A DNA stretch of 63,606 nt, filler included, from Octopus bimaculoides (Eukaryota), in assembly GCF_001194135.2 (NCBI RefSeq). It is 4 parts of 4 records of this genome, joined end to end, with 100 filler letters (N's around TTAATTAATTAA, not from the genome) between each part and the next. Parts side by side here need not be neighbours in the genome. Positions count along the whole stretch, not along the records: positions 25,028 to 49,173 come from NC_068997.1; positions 49,274 to 59,729 come from NC_069007.1; 2 more parts are not named here. The stretch is one strand, 5' to 3'. Positions 38,280 through 52,204 of the stretch are shown piece after piece; the first letter of the stretch is position 1; every line of letters starts with the position of its first letter. The notes under the pieces were generated by a model. That model was given only the letters and a program-made list of their open reading frames with translations, did not search any database and had not been told where the DNA came from. The translations under genes were made by a program, and so were the position numbers.

Positions 38280-39565
38280 TACTGCATCATCTACTACACC
38301 TCCGTGCTGCTGGGATGCATGAAGCATTGTTTGTTCCTTTTTGCTGTTGGGATCGTGCGAACTCTTCCGGTACTGTATTGTGTTAGCTTTTTTTCTTTCA
38401 GGTGTGGTGCTGTCTTTTGTTGTGTTACTGCTTGTATTGAGTATCGCATATGTAATGCTCTGGTTTTCTAGCTTGCTAGCGGGAGTTTATTTCACTGGGT
38501 AAATGCTGTGTCGTGTGTGTCAGTAAAGTTTGTTTCTGCTTTGTATTTTGTCGCCTCCTTGTGTATACAGAAAAGCGTTTTCTTTTTCTCGTGTTGCTTT
38601 ACTACATGCAGTTGCCTTCCACTCTTTGTTTCTAAGTATTTTTGTAGTCCAACTGCTGTTATTTTATTGTAGTTTTCCATCAGTATCAAGCCATGGCCTC
38701 CTTCTGAGCGGGGTAGATATATTCTGTCTGCTTTGGGGTGGTGACTTTGGTACACTGTTTGTAGTTTTCTGGTTTTTCTATCTAGATTTCTCAATTCACT
38801 AATCTACCAGTATATTTCGTTAAAGCTGTAATTTATGACTGGTATAGCGAGCGTGTTTATCCCTATTATCTTATTTTTGGCTTTAAGTTCAGTGTTTAAT
38901 ATTAGTCTAACTCTTCTGTAATACTCTCTCCTAATTTTCTCTTTTATATTTGTGTGTTGTATTTTAGCTGTTTTGTCTATTCCTAGATATTTGTATGGGC
39001 GGTTGTGGGCTAATTCTCTAATTTCTATGTTGATGTCGAGTGCAGTGTTTTCAGCGCTGAATAATTTGCCTCTCCTCAATGTGACTTTGGCGCATTTGTC
39101 CATCCCCATGCTCGTTCTGATGTCACTGTTGAAACTCTGAACGATATTGATAAGGTTCTTCTGTCCCATGGTGCTTTTAGCGAAAAGTTTTAGGCCATCC
39201 ATGTACAGGAGATGGTTCATTTTTTTGTCCATAGCACTTATAACCCATGGAGGTTTCGTTTAACAAGGTTGTTAACGGCGTCAAAGAAAGGCAGAAAAAC
39301 AGAGTTGACAGTGAGCCTCCCCAGAAAAACCCTCTTCTTATGAGTATAGTGCAGGTTTTGATAATTTGTGATACATTTTTTAATGTAATACAGGTTTTCC
39401 AGTCTGCCATTGTATGTTTAATATATTATATTTTAGTAGTGGTGGGGCTACCTTATTTGCGTGGAAAGATTCCAGCATCCATGAGTCTGGGACACTGTCG
39501 AATGCTTTCTGGCAATCAATCCAAGTCATGTTCAGGTTTGTCTTTATCCTCATTACCAATATTAC

Positions 39566-39570
<5 letters not shown>
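38280..39570 (-). mobile_element. R4/Dong-like LINE RT fragment, decayed
   Basis: WIDCQKAFDSVPDSW, RRGFFWGGSLSTLFFCLSLTPL, NHLLYMDGLKLFAK (YMDD motif mutated), YKYLGI, KIIGINTLAIPVINYSF, HPKADRIYLPRSEGGHGL. Confidence 0.92.
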
Positions 39571-39631
<61 letters not shown>

Positions 39632-39634
39632 CAG

Positions 39635-39673
<39 letters not shown>

Positions 39674-39700
39674 CATCATCATCATCATCATCATTATTAA

Positions 39701-39908
39701 GGCGGCGAGCTGGCAGAATTGTTAGCTTGCCGTGCAAATGCATATTTCGGCCTTCTTTACTTTCTGGGTTCAAATTCCGCCAAGGTCGACTGTGCCTTTC
39801 ATCCTTTCGCGGTCGATAGATTAGGTACCAGTAAAAGACTAGGGTCGATGATGTAATCGACTATTTCCCTCCTCCAAAATCCAGGCCTTGTGCCTTTAGT
39901 AGAAAAGA
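39701..39908 (+). mobile_element. SINE type A inserted in an (ATT)/(CAT) tract
   Basis: Canonical head and centre. Confidence 0.92.
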
Positions 39909-39989
39909 TTGTTATTATTATCATTGCTTTCCTTCTCATAGCGCTCGATCTTTTTTTNNNNNNNNNNAGCGCTCGATCTTTTTTTTTGC

Positions 39990-40390
39990 TCTGATAGATT
40001 CTGTGAGAACGGACAGCAGCCTACTGCGATAGGTTTCACAGTCTCTTTCCACACTTTATAAGCTTTGGTACTTAGTTGTTAATAATCACGGATGACATTC
40101 AACCTCCAAGTACCAATCTCAAAATCCTAGCTGTCCCCAGCAGAATAGTTTTGGGGGCTTGCTCAGCTCTCATGTCAATTCCGATTTCTCTGATATATTT
40201 CTCGAACTTGGATGTTAGGGCTCCGAGTGCCCCTACAACTACTGGAATGTCAGGCACTTCCCTTATAGTCCACTTTCTTGTAATTTCGTCTTTTAATAAT
40301 CTGTACTTTTCAATATTTTCTAGTTCTTTGTCGCTTATGAGTGCATCCCCAGGTATTGCAATATCGATAATCTTGGTTTCCTTTTTCCTT
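39990..40390 (-). mobile_element. R4/Dong-like RLE domain and 3' end
   Basis: IIDIAIPGDALISDKELENIEKYRLLKDEI...IPVVVGALG...ILLGTARILR. Confidence 0.9.
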
Positions 40391-40464
40391 TATGTACCAC
40401 ATTATTATCTATTCTCCGAGCTTCGATTAGGGAGTCACATTCGATTGTAAAATTCCAATGTATA

Positions 40465-40891
40465 GGCGCAGAAGTGGCTGTGTGGTAAGTAACTTGCTTA
40501 CCAGCTACATGGTCCCGGGTTCAGTCCCACTGCGTGGCACCTTGGGCAAGTGTCTTCTTCTATAGCCTCCGGCCGACCAATGCTTTGTGAGTGTATTTGG
40601 TTGACGGAAACTGGAAGAATCCCGTCATATATGTATATATATATGTGTGTATATGTTTGTGCGTCTGTTTGTCCTCCCAGCATCGCTTGACAACCGATGC
40701 TGGTGTGTTTAGGTCCCCGTAACTTAAGGTTCGGCAAAAGAGCCCGATAGAATAAGTACTAGGNNNNNNNNNNCGGCAAAAGAGCCCGATAGAATAAGTA
40801 CTAGGCTTACAAAGAATAAACTCTGGGGTCGATTTGCTCGACTATAAAGGCGGTGCTCCAGCATGGCCGTAAAATTACTGAAATAAGTAAA
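40465..40891 (+). mobile_element. SINE type B, near full length
   Basis: Head, GGCACCTTGGGCAAGTG CORE-like block, tail; small gap with flanking overlap at about 40764. Confidence 0.92.
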
Positions 40892-40921
40892 AAAGTATCT
40901 TATATTCCTTGTCATTATTCC

Positions 40922-40970
<49 letters not shown>

Positions 40971-41323
40971 CATTATTATTATTATTATTATTTTTTGTCT
41001 TTGCACTGCTTCTAACGCTGGAGATGTACTACGGTGTCAGTTGTTCANNNNNNNNNNNNNNNNNNNNNNNNNNNNNNNNNNNNNNNNNNNNNNNNNNNNN
41101 NNNNNNNNNNNNNNNNNNNNNNNNNNNNNNNNNNNNNNNNNNNNNNNNNNNNNNNNNNNNNNNNNNNNNNNNNNNNNNNNNNNNNNNNNNNNNNNNNNNN
41201 NNNNNNNNNNNNNNNNNNNNNNNNNNNNNNNNNNNNNNNNNNNNNNNNNNNNNNNNNNNNNNNNNNNNNNNNNNNNNNNNNNNNNNNNNNNNNNNNNNNN
41301 NNNNNNNNNNNNNNNNNNNNNNN

Positions 41324-41570
41324 GATCCTGCATCGTTTGCCTTCCTTCTGAAGACTATGTCTGGTTTCCTATCCTCCATCTCATGGTCGCACTGAATCAT
41401 AAAATCCCATAAGATCTTTGCATTATCATTTCCGATGAAGCCTTCGGGTTTATGTAGCAACCGATTTTTTTGCTCTATCAAGTCCATACTTGTTGCAAAG
41501 TGTTCAATAGATAGTCTTTGCTATATTGTCATGACGTCTCTTATACTCTTTCTGGGTTTAGTAGCCTATA
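41324..41570 (-). mobile_element. R4/Dong-like fragment upstream of the RLE domain
   Basis: KILWDFMIQCDHEMEDRKPDIVF. Confidence 0.88.
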
Positions 41571-41586
41571 TTGACTGATAATATCC

Positions 41587-41616
41587 ATTCTTCTTCTTCT
41601 TCTTCTTCTTCTTCTT

Positions 41617-41713
<97 letters not shown>
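41587..41713. repeat. Compound (TTC)n-(TTA)n microsatellite
   Basis: Direct reading. Confidence 0.95.
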
Positions 41714-42704
41714 GTGGTGGTAGTTGTGAGGATGGTGGTTGTATCGGCGGTGGTGAATATTCTAGAAATGTACACGTGTAGGTTTATATAAGGGTAGAGA
41801 ATTTGTAAGATTTGTTTTCATAGATTTGTTTCTTTTCTTTTTTCACACACATAATATTTTCAGCTTAGAAAGAAAAAAAGACAATGCAAAAACAAAATAC
41901 AGAACTGAATGAGCAAACGAAAACTGGTCGTTTAAATTAACAATGAAGTCATAAAAAATATTCCAAACAGTCCAGCTGGTAGATTTGAAGACAGCGATAG
42001 TAACAACAGCATAGCAGCGGTGACATATTCACTTGAAAATGTTCATATAGAAGTTGTGTCAAAGCAAACCTTGTCTCAGTTACACAAACAAAACAGACTA
42101 TTTAAACATAACGGTTTAAAGTAAGTGGGAGAAGTTGTGTATGATGAAACATTTTTTTTCCACCATAGTTTATCGAAGAGAATGCAAAGAAAACAAATTT
42201 ATAGCTGTGTTCAGTAAAAATAGAACTGGATTTGATTATCCTTCACGATATTTATGCTAGCACAAACACTTAATGATATGCCGGTAAACAACCTCTCAAC
42301 CGAAAAGGAAAAGATATGACAATACCTGCTTCACTGAAGTCTCAGACAAAAGACAAAATTGATACATACACCTCAACCTATACATTTGTGTCCTTGTACA
42401 TGGGACAAAGACATACAGGGCTAACGGTTAGAGATATCAGGCACGATAAATATTCATAAACTGTAGTTATTTTAGTATGAGTAAGTGGTAAAAGCAGAGT
42501 TGACTGAAGGCCCGTGTGGTTAGGGGACGTCCAGATACATTTGTAAATCCTTCTGACTTTGGAAGGTCGTAAATTCATATCAGAATTGTACCTACTTGAG
42601 GCCAGCGGACCAGAAGGCATGAAACTGGTAAAACAGAGCGAAAAGATATATAGTTACTATAGTTTTCGTATTAAGACAAATCTTAAAGATGATTGCTCTG
42701 AAGC

Positions 42705-42782
<78 letters not shown>

Positions 42783-44174
42783 TGATGATAATAATAATGA
42801 ATAAAAAATAAAATAAGCAAAAAGTGAAAGACTAAGGTAAATACCGATTTAAAGAGAAAAGGAAAACAACATACTTTACTTTCAACAACACCATCAACCA
42901 TGCTTAATATTAGAAACAGACGAATAAACACTTGTTCCCCTAACACCAGCAATTAGTTGTACCATATCACTTTGCTGGGATGAAGAAGAAACAAAAGTGG
43001 CAGAGGAAAATACAAAACTGTCAAAAGAAACAATAAAGGAAATCAGAAATCAAAAATCAGTTACTACAAAACCACAAAAACAGGTGACGAGAAACAAGGT
43101 TTTTAAGACAACAAAGATATTTGTGTTTTTTTTTAAAAGAAATGAAGAGGAAGACTAAGAACAGAATTTTACCAACATTTGAAACTGAAGCATTCCATTA
43201 ACTGATAAAATCATATCCTTGTGGAGTCAATGACTTTCCAGTGATTTAAAAATGACACAAGCACAGTTAAGTATGGAATACAGGAAGTTTGCGAAAAATA
43301 GACATAAGACAGCATAACAAACCTACAAGATCTTACCTTGAAGTTGTAGGTGCTTTTCAACCCCAAACTGGATTAATGCTGAGACAAAGGAGGTGAGACT
43401 AATGGTGCACGGCAAAAAAGATGTTATGCAATAAAATGAAAAATTAGTTACGGGTAGTTTCTACGGAAAAGCTGAAAAAAAAATAGAGAAATGAAAGCTG
43501 TAAGGAGCAGTAAAGATATCAAGAGAAGTAGGCCCCAGTTTCCAGATCGCCTTCAGACACAAATCCGGAAATGGCGGATAATATCACTTTGTGCTCCGTC
43601 TGATAAATGCGTTCCGGCCATAGTAACCAGTGCACTAATCCATCATCTAGTAATGAACGGGTGGAATAAAAAAAAACAAATGATTGCTGAAATAGCGATA
43701 AGCATAAAGGAAATCTTAAAACACAGAGAGGGAAAATAAGTGTGAGCCTTAGTAAAATGCAATGAAAATATTTGAGAAGTTCTCACTTCCTCAGAAAAGT
43801 ACCATAAGATGCACACAAGGTCGACAGGATAACAAACATTTAGAGGCTATGTATATCAAAATATCTTTCTAATTTCTTAGCAAAATATTTTCGGAAGGGA
43901 CGTTTAGAGATACAAACAACAGTGAGTTAGTAATGTGCTCACTGTGGAGTTATAAGCATATGAAACCAAGGAAATATGGGTACTTTAGAATTATCCTAGC
44001 CCACCCAAACCCATTGTTGCTAACCGGTGCTTTCAGTAACACTAGAAAGGGAATTGACAAAATAAGTACCAGTTGAGTACTGGGGTCGATGTAATTTCGA
44101 CTAAAGAACTTCCACAAAATTTCAGGCACGGTACTTATAGTAAAAACAGATTATTACTAGCAGTTAAAACGACA

Positions 44175-44400
44175 ATCTGGCAAAATCCTTAGCACACCAT
44201 ATAAAATGCTTAGCACACCATATAAAATGCTTAGCAGCACTTGGTCCGTCTTTCAGTTCTGAGTTCAAATCCCTCCAAGGTCGGCCTTGCATTTCATGCC
44301 TTCCGGATTGATCAAATATGCACTATTTGCGCTCGGGGAAGGGGCAATGTAATCGACTTGCCCTCCTCTTAAAATTGCTGGCCTCGTGCTAAAATTAGAG
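44175..44400 (+). mobile_element. SINE type A, diverged, with a 24-bp internal duplication
   Basis: CTTAGCACACCATATAAAATG occurs twice; TTCTGAGTTCAAAT; partial copy at about 44035-44160. Confidence 0.75.
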
Positions 44401-44741
44401 AGACTTATTAGTAGTAGTAGTTTTAGTAGTGGCAGTAAATATTTAGTTTAGTTTTATGACTAGAGACTGAGTGAGGAGCGAATCAAAGATATTCATTTAG
44501 TGTGATCGGTCATGGAGTCTGTGGTGTTAGCAATCTCTAATCACCCTTGGTTTATTTAGTCTTACGCTGTATTCATCATTAGTGGGAGTGTTCGATATTC
44601 TATCAGAGAGAGGCTGTGATTTTTTCATTATTATTAGCTTGTTCTTTATCTCTTGATATTTCCTTATCTTTCTTGCACATCATTTCTCTCTTTAGCTATC
44701 GCCTACCATCTTTCTCAACACTCTCTTTTTCTCACTATCCT

Positions 44742-44787
<46 letters not shown>

Positions 44788-45110
44788 TCTCTCTCTCTCT
44801 CTCTGTATTGCTATCTTCCTGAAATTAAACAGTGAAATATGAATTCTAATTGAGCAATACCAATTGAAAAGCCGATTGTGGAGACTAATTTCGCTCTTTC
44901 AAAAATTAGACCATTTTTATTTTCTTAATTATTTCAGCGTATTGTGGTAGCGGGGTTGAAGTTGAGTGAATGTCATTTGCCATGCGCCGCCTTCATCTTT
45001 TTCTCTTTCCATCGAGCTTCCTTATCCACAAACTCCCTCTTTCACGCTTGCTACATACATACACGCGCGCACACACACTCACACAGATACACACTCTCAC
45101 TAATATAATG

Positions 45111-45141
<31 letters not shown>

Positions 45142-46479
45142 TACATACATGTAAATACATATATACATATATGTGTATGTGTGTGTATTATTTTATACAC
45201 GTTTATGTAGACAATACACAAATATACAGATGAATGTGTGTGAGTTTGCATTATATTTATATGTGTAATATTTACATGTGTATATAGATACGCACACATA
45301 TACACACATATATGTCTATCTGTATATATCTAATACACTCACACATTAGTAATTATATGTATATGCGTGTGGGTATATACTGCATATACACATATTTACA
45401 TAAGAATACACGCACATACACATATGCATATATATGTACATAAATTTGTGAGTAGATGTATATAGGTATGTATATATGATGTATGTATATATGGTGTATG
45501 TATATATGATGTCACCTTGATCAATGATTGTGTTGGTAACACATAGCCTGGATCATTAGTGATATGCCTTTCAATCATTCCTCCATTCACACCCCCACCA
45601 CTCATTTGAAATTTTCACTATATTTTCTTTTAGCCTTTTTAAAGAATTCCTTTGCCGTTATCCCAATTTCATTAATTCCTTGACGAAGTCTGACAGAATC
45701 AGTTTATTTATTCTTTGGTTCATTATAAAATGCTGAGAATCGCAATATCTTTATGTTCTTTTCGCTTTTGATTGTGATAAAGGGTTCAAGCAAAATTGAT
45801 AATTGATATTTTATTAAGACCTGAGCTGCTCATTGAGGTAGCTACGACCTTATCCACTAATATTTTTGTTGTTTTAGTTATTCAAATTATTTAAACTTTT
45901 ACCTGTTTACAGAGATAAGTCTGAAGATATGAAAGCGTGTTGTAAGGGACTTGATTTGAGCAATTTTACTTTTCATTTCGTTTCTGCTTGAATAAATGGA
46001 GAAAATCAATTGTCATAGCAGTAACAAAGTAAGGAAGCATCAAAAAGTGTACAACCGACCGTTCAATTAGATTAATTAGTCATCATGGCGAGGTTTTTCC
46101 ATATGTTTTCCTTACTCAAAGAGAAACGAACAATTAAAAATTAAACAAAAAGGTATGCATGTGTGTGTGTGTGTGTGTAGGTGTGTGAGTACGTAGTGAA
46201 AGATAGGTTGATTTCCAAGAAAGAATATCTACCAGTCAAGTATTCATCACAACTTCTTAGAATTAAAAACAAAGGCTGAAGAAAAAAAGCCTTAAACGTG
46301 AATGCTGTGGGGCATTATAGCTTCATTTGAAAAAATATACAGTCACCCAGCCAATAAATTATTATATGGATATAAAAAATGTTTCGTTTTGATGGAAATT
46401 CACGAAATACCTCGTTTGAAACAATAGTAGCTGCTAGCCGATGATGTCTTCTTTCACCAAATCTTTTAAATGTGTTTCT

Positions 46480-46870
46480 CGGAAATATAATGCGGAAGGC
46501 ATATGAGAGGCAGAGAAGTCAGTAGTCCTTTTTTTTTTATATCAATGACATTGATGTAATAAAGCAAAATGAAGGACCTAGAGATTAAGCAACACATGTT
46601 GATGTATCTTCAAGAAGATATGGAATGAAAATAACTGCTGCAAATAGCAGAATAATAATAACTGGTAAAAGCAAAAAACAAAATAGTCAATCTAATTGAA
46701 ATAGCAAAAAAGACTCTCAAACAAGATTCACTTAAATACTTGAGATGACTAAAAACGGAAGAGGAGCAATGAAAAAATCAAAATACAGGGCTGCAACAGT
46801 TACAGTACCTTGGGGGAAAATTAGATCCAGTTTACAAAAATACAAAAATAATAAGATTACAAAATTAACT
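46480..46870 (+). mobile_element. Decayed RTE-like RT fragment
   Basis: INDIDVIKQNEG...SSRRYGMKITAANSRII followed by an LKYL-like block (xDD, YG.KIN..K and FKYLG pattern). Confidence 0.55.
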
Positions 46871-47230
46871 GCATAGCCTCATGGTGCTGGGTTGAGGCCC
46901 ACTGTGTATCACTTTGGGCATGTGCCTTCTATTATAGTCTTGTGAGTGGATTTGGTAGACGGAAACTGAAAGCCCGTCATAAGTGTAGATTATATATATA
47001 TGTACATATATGTGTGTGTGGTGTGTGTGTGGGTGTGTATGTGTGTGTTTGTTTCCTTCAGATTGACAACCGGTAACCGGTGTTCGTGTGCTGACGTCTC
47101 TGTATCTTAGCAGTTCGGCAAAGAGACCGATGGAATATGTACCAGGCTTGAAAAAAATAAAAGTACTGGGGTCGATTCATTCGACTAAAATTGTTCAAGG
47201 CCCCACCATGGACTCAGAATAATGACTAAA
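46870..47230 (+). mobile_element. SINE type B, diverged
   Basis: TGTGAGTGGATTTGGTAGACGGAAACTG and tail AAGTACTGGGGTCGATTCATTCGACT. Confidence 0.85.
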
Positions 47231-48912
47231 ACAAATAAAACAATATATGTTGTGGGCGCAAAACTTGCACATTCGATGCTAAGTCGGAAAATGCTCGTTA
47301 GTTCCGTAAACAGAACATGGAAACTATCAATAATAGTAAGAAAGAAATTACAAAGGAAGTCGCAGTCTTTGCAGTATTTCTTTGTTTCCAGAGAAAGTCT
47401 TCTGCCAATTGTCAAAAGGTGGAAAACAAAGTGATTTGTTTAAGTAACACACTACCATTGATTCACTCGGCTGGATACGGTCATTCGGAAAAGCGGATTA
47501 GGAAGGCTACGATTTGGCAGCACAAATAGAAACACAGGTTTTTGGCTGTTGAGCAAGAATTATGTCTGGAGGTTCCCTTTTTTTTTTTTTTTTTTTTGAC
47601 TATACATCTATGGAATCCACAAGCCATGGAGTTTTTGATGATTGAATAGTTGATATCATTTAGACCGTGTCCTTCTTTGATACCAAACTGGAAATCAATG
47701 TACTTTCGTGTATGTGTTCGGTTTATGTGGGTGTTGCTGTATGCGGGTACAGGTATGATCGAATGGTTAAAATGCTAGCTTTACAATCATAATATTCCGA
47801 TTTCGATTCCACTGCATAGAACCGCGTGCAGGTGAGATCTGCGATCGCATCGATTCGACCCAAGCCTTGTGATTACAAACTGATTGGCTAAACCTGTATA
47901 GAACTCTGTCTGAATAACTACAAGAATTTGTGGGACACATTGCCATTTTCTGTATGATTCGAAAAGTAAGAAGATTCAGTTCATTGAACAACGAGAATAC
48001 TCACCACCGAAAGGAAACGGGGGTACAGTTCACTTTATTTTCACCATTTGGCCAGTCTGTATCATATAATAATTGCTGGCTCATTAACTACTTTGCCACT
48101 GTCTTTTCTAGGCTTAAACATAATTATTTTAAGTCTGAATAAGAAAAGGGGATTATGAGTGAGATGTAAACCAAATATATTATAATTGTGAGTGTTGTAG
48201 TGTGTGATTTTAGAATATGCCTTCATCTGGCGGAACAACTCATCCGCCACATCTAGAGTATATTCAAAATGTATTTGTAAATTTAGAAGGAAGGAATTGA
48301 ACAAACTTCCTGTAAATAATTAACATGGCAACACTCAAAACGGTAAAAGAATGTACACTGTTTCTGAAAAAATATATAAGCACCTAAACCATTGACTCTC
48401 ATGTCTTAGATCTATTTGATCAACACCAAATTGGAACTAATCAGTAACAGCAACAAATGGAAAGCATCAAAATTTTTAATCCCACTATTTGCATACATAC
48501 CTCGATGATATTTTAAGAGGAATCTCCCAATGAAAATTAAAAGCCTCCCCAATAAATGGAATACGCCATAAGTCATGAAGCTATATTTTAAAGCTAAGTC
48601 GGTTCTCCTCCAGCAGACTTAGGATGAAAGGATCCTCTCAAAATTTCATTTCCTCAAGAAATATGCAAATACGGTGGCAATTTAATAATTATTTGTTCTT
48701 CATTCGTTCATCTTACGGATAATTTCAAGTCGGTTTTCATTGAGTAGACTCATGTCTTACGGATGCGCTTGAAACCATTCGTTTAAACCCCAAAACAGTA
48801 TAATAATGTTATACTTCTCATTCATCTGGGTGGCTTTCCGTAGTAAATATCTTATTTTATGCCACTCTCTATCTCTCTATTTCTTCATAAATATATACAT
48901 ATATATAAAATC

Positions 48913-49173
48913 AAAATAAGCAACAGGATATCAAGTAATGATGCAGTACGACCGTTTCAAGCTCATTTCGATTTTATTCACCTTACTTCGAGCTGTGCGG
49001 ATAATATCGGACTGACTTGGTACTTCAGCTTAAGTACCTAATTCAGCTAAATATCAATTATTTCTGTATATATATATATATAGGTAAAACATTAACGAGT
49101 GCGTGTTACATAAATATTTTCAGTATTAAATAAAAAGAAAGCAGTCGGAAAATATGACATACCTATATATACA
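48913..49173. mobile_element. Short derivative of the 9083-11548 element
   Basis: Three blocks in the same order as at about 9083, 10703 and 11465-11540. Confidence 0.75.
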
Positions 49174-49489
49174 NNNNNNNNNNNNNNNNNNNNNNNNNNN
49201 NNNNNNNNNNNNNNNNNTTAATTAATTAANNNNNNNNNNNNNNNNNNNNNNNNNNNNNNNNNNNNNNNNNNNNGTTGAGTGGTTTGAAAAATAAATCGAC
49301 TCTCACATGACATATTCTCTCCTATTTTTGTAACAGAGAAGCATCTCCAACCGAGGAAAGCGAGGAGTGGTCACGTGACTTAAGAAAAACATGGACAAAC
49401 AAGAAAACAGGGGGTAATTTTTAGGCCCATCTAAGGCGGCGAACTGACAGAAGTGTTAGTAGGCCGGACAAAAATGCTTAGCGGCATCC

Positions 49490-49615
49490 ACTCACAAGGC
49501 TTTGGTTGACGCGAGGCTACAAAGGACACTTGTCCAAGGAGCCACGCAGTGGGACTGAACCCGTAACCATGTGGTTGAGAAGCTAGCTTCTTACCACAGA
49601 GCCACACCTGCGCCT
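49490..49615 (-). mobile_element. SINE type B head
   Basis: Reverse copy ending ACACCTGCGCC; abuts a type A head at about 49434. Confidence 0.85.
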
Positions 49616-52204
49616 ATAGATAGATAGATAGATAGATAAGGTGGTGCTCCAGCATGGCTGCCGTCCAATGACACACACCATCTTACATGCACACATACAC
49701 ACATCACCTCATACACAGATACGCACACGTTGTGGTGGTGGTGGTAGTGGTTGTGGTAGTGGTGGNNNNNNNNNNNNNNNNNNNNNNNNNNNNNNNNNNN
49801 NNNNNNNNNNNNNNNNNNNNNNNNNNNNNNNNNNNNNNNNNNNNNNNNNNNNNNNNNNNNNNNNNTATATATATATTCTATTATAGTTCATTTTAGTGTA
49901 TTTACTTATTAATTTTTTTCTATATGTGAGTATGGATTTTCATGGATGAATTCATGAACTTTGGTTCTTTTCTCTAAATTATAGATTTATATATTATATA
50001 CTGTGAAACTTAATTTAATTTTGATTCTTGATAAATTGAAATTAATTGAGATTTTACCTGTAAATTTGGATTTTTATCCCTAATATTATTATTATGGATA
50101 TCAGCGCCAAAACTCTCTTTTAAATTTAAAACTTTGGATATATAACCAAGGAGAACTATCCCTAAGGAGTCTACTTTAGACTTTTTGCGGAGAAATCTCT
50201 TGCTATATTGGTAACGATTACATGGTTTTCTATGAACAAATATATATATATATATATATATATTCCTTTCTCTTTTACTTTACATTTTCTTGTTTCAGTC
50301 AATTGACTGCGGCCATGCTGCGGCATCGCCTTTTTAGTCGATGAAATCGACCCCAGGACTTATTCTATCGGTCACTATTTATGTATGATTTGCATGTACG
50401 TATATCGGCATGCCTGTTTCACATGTATATTATATTATATTACGCAACGCGGCCGAATGCTTGTTTAACAAATATTTGAATGTAACTTTATTTCCAACTT
50501 ATCCAAAAATCTATAAACACGCAGATAGGCATAGTTTATATTAATATCTATATAAATATTTATATATAGTCTATATATATTCATGATATATATTATCTAC
50601 TATAATATATATGTATATATGAAATTTAAGAAGTTCATAGAAGTTCGATAAAAATCGTACTCAAACGTCGACATACTCTTCGTCCAAAAGTCACTACGAT
50701 TTCGCGCCTTTAACAGTAAGTATATATATATATATATATATATATAATAAAGTAAAGTTGTGGAATACCGTACGAGTGGAAATATATATGAAAGAAAGTT
50801 TGAAAATGCACTTATTTTTAAAAAATATTTATTTACTTAACCGGTTTCACTTTTTTAGAAAAAGATTATCAAAAGTCTTTGAGAATAATAAAAAATGTTA
50901 AAAAACAGTCTGAGTATTAAAATGCATATATACATTCTTTGATGATATATATATATATATATANNNNNNNNNNNNNNNNNNNNNNNNNNNNNNNNNNNNN
51001 NNNNNNNNNNNNNNNNNNNNNNNNNNNNNNNNNNNNNNNNNNNNNNNNNNNNNNNNNNNNNNNNNNNNNNNNNNNNNNNNNNNNNNNNNNNNNNNNNNNN
51101 NNNNNNNNNNNNNNNNNNNNNNNNNNNNNNNNNNNNNNNNNNNNNNNNNNNNNNNNNNNNNNNNNNNNNNNNNNNNNNNNNNNNNNNNNNNNNNNNNNNN
51201 NNNNNNNNNNNNNNNNNNNNNNNNNNNNNNNNNNNNNNNNNNNNNNNNNNNNNNNNNNNNNNNNNNNNNNNNNNNNNNNNNNNNNNNNNNNNNNNNNNNN
51301 NNNNNNNNNNNNNNNNNNNNNNNNNNNNNNNNNNNNNNNNNNNNNNNNNNNNNNNNNNNNNNNNNNNNNNNNNNNNNNNNNNNNNNNNNNNNNNNNNNNN
51401 NNNNNNNNNNNNNNNNNNNNNNNNNNNNNNNNNNNNNNNNNNNNNNNNNNNNNNNNNNNNNNNNNNNNNNNNNNNNNNNNNNNNNNNNNNNNNNNNNNNN
51501 NNNNNNNNNNNNNNNNNNNNNNNNNNNNNNNNNNNNNNNNNNNNNNNNNNNNNNNNNNNNNNNNNNNNNNNNNNNNNNNNNNNNNNNNNNNNNNNNNNNN
51601 NNNNNNNNNNNNNNNNNNNNNNNNNNNNNNNNNNNNNNNNNNNNNNNNNNNNNNNNNNNNNNNNNNNNNNNNNNNNNNNNNNNNNNNNNNNNNNNNNNNN
51701 NNNNNNNNNNNNNNNNNNNNNNNNNNNNNNNNNNNNNNNNNNNNNNNNNNNNNNNNNNNNNNNNNNNNNNNNNNNNNNNNNNNNNNNNNNNNNNNNNNNN
51801 NNNNNNNNNNNNNNNNNNNNNNNNNNNNNNNNNNNNNNNNNNNNNNNNNNNNNNNNNNNNNNNNNNNNNNNNNNNNNNNNNNNNNNNNNNNNNNNNNNNN
51901 NNNNNNNNNNNNNNNNNNNNNNNNGGCGGTGGTGGTGGTGGTGTTGTTGGCGGCGGTGGTGATGTGGGGTTTCTGTAGATGGATCTGACAGATGATAAAA
52001 GAAAGAAGGTACCCACTCCAACCGTGGCTGTCCAGTCTACTTAGTACATTAAGACTAGACAAATAAATGTCCAATGTCTAGTGTGTCCTTCCTTTTTCTA
52101 GACGGTAGGATGTGATACCTTGGCAGAATTTGAAATGCCGCTAAGCATTTTGTTCGACGCGCTAACGATTCTACTAGCTCACCGCTTTGAAGCTTACAAA
52201 AAGT

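Noticed and set aside
39247-39819. 190-aa plus-strand ORF and similar poly-L, poly-I and poly-N ORFs
   Set aside because: Antisense of LINE fragments plus (ATT)n tracts
48226-48254. TGGCGGA/TCCGCCA hairpin followed by CTAG
   Set aside because: Spacing too short and not followed by T, so not a convincing Helitron end
49370-49379. GTCACGTGAC palindromic E-box (CLEAR-like)
   Set aside because: Single site beside a gap and SINEs with no promoter context
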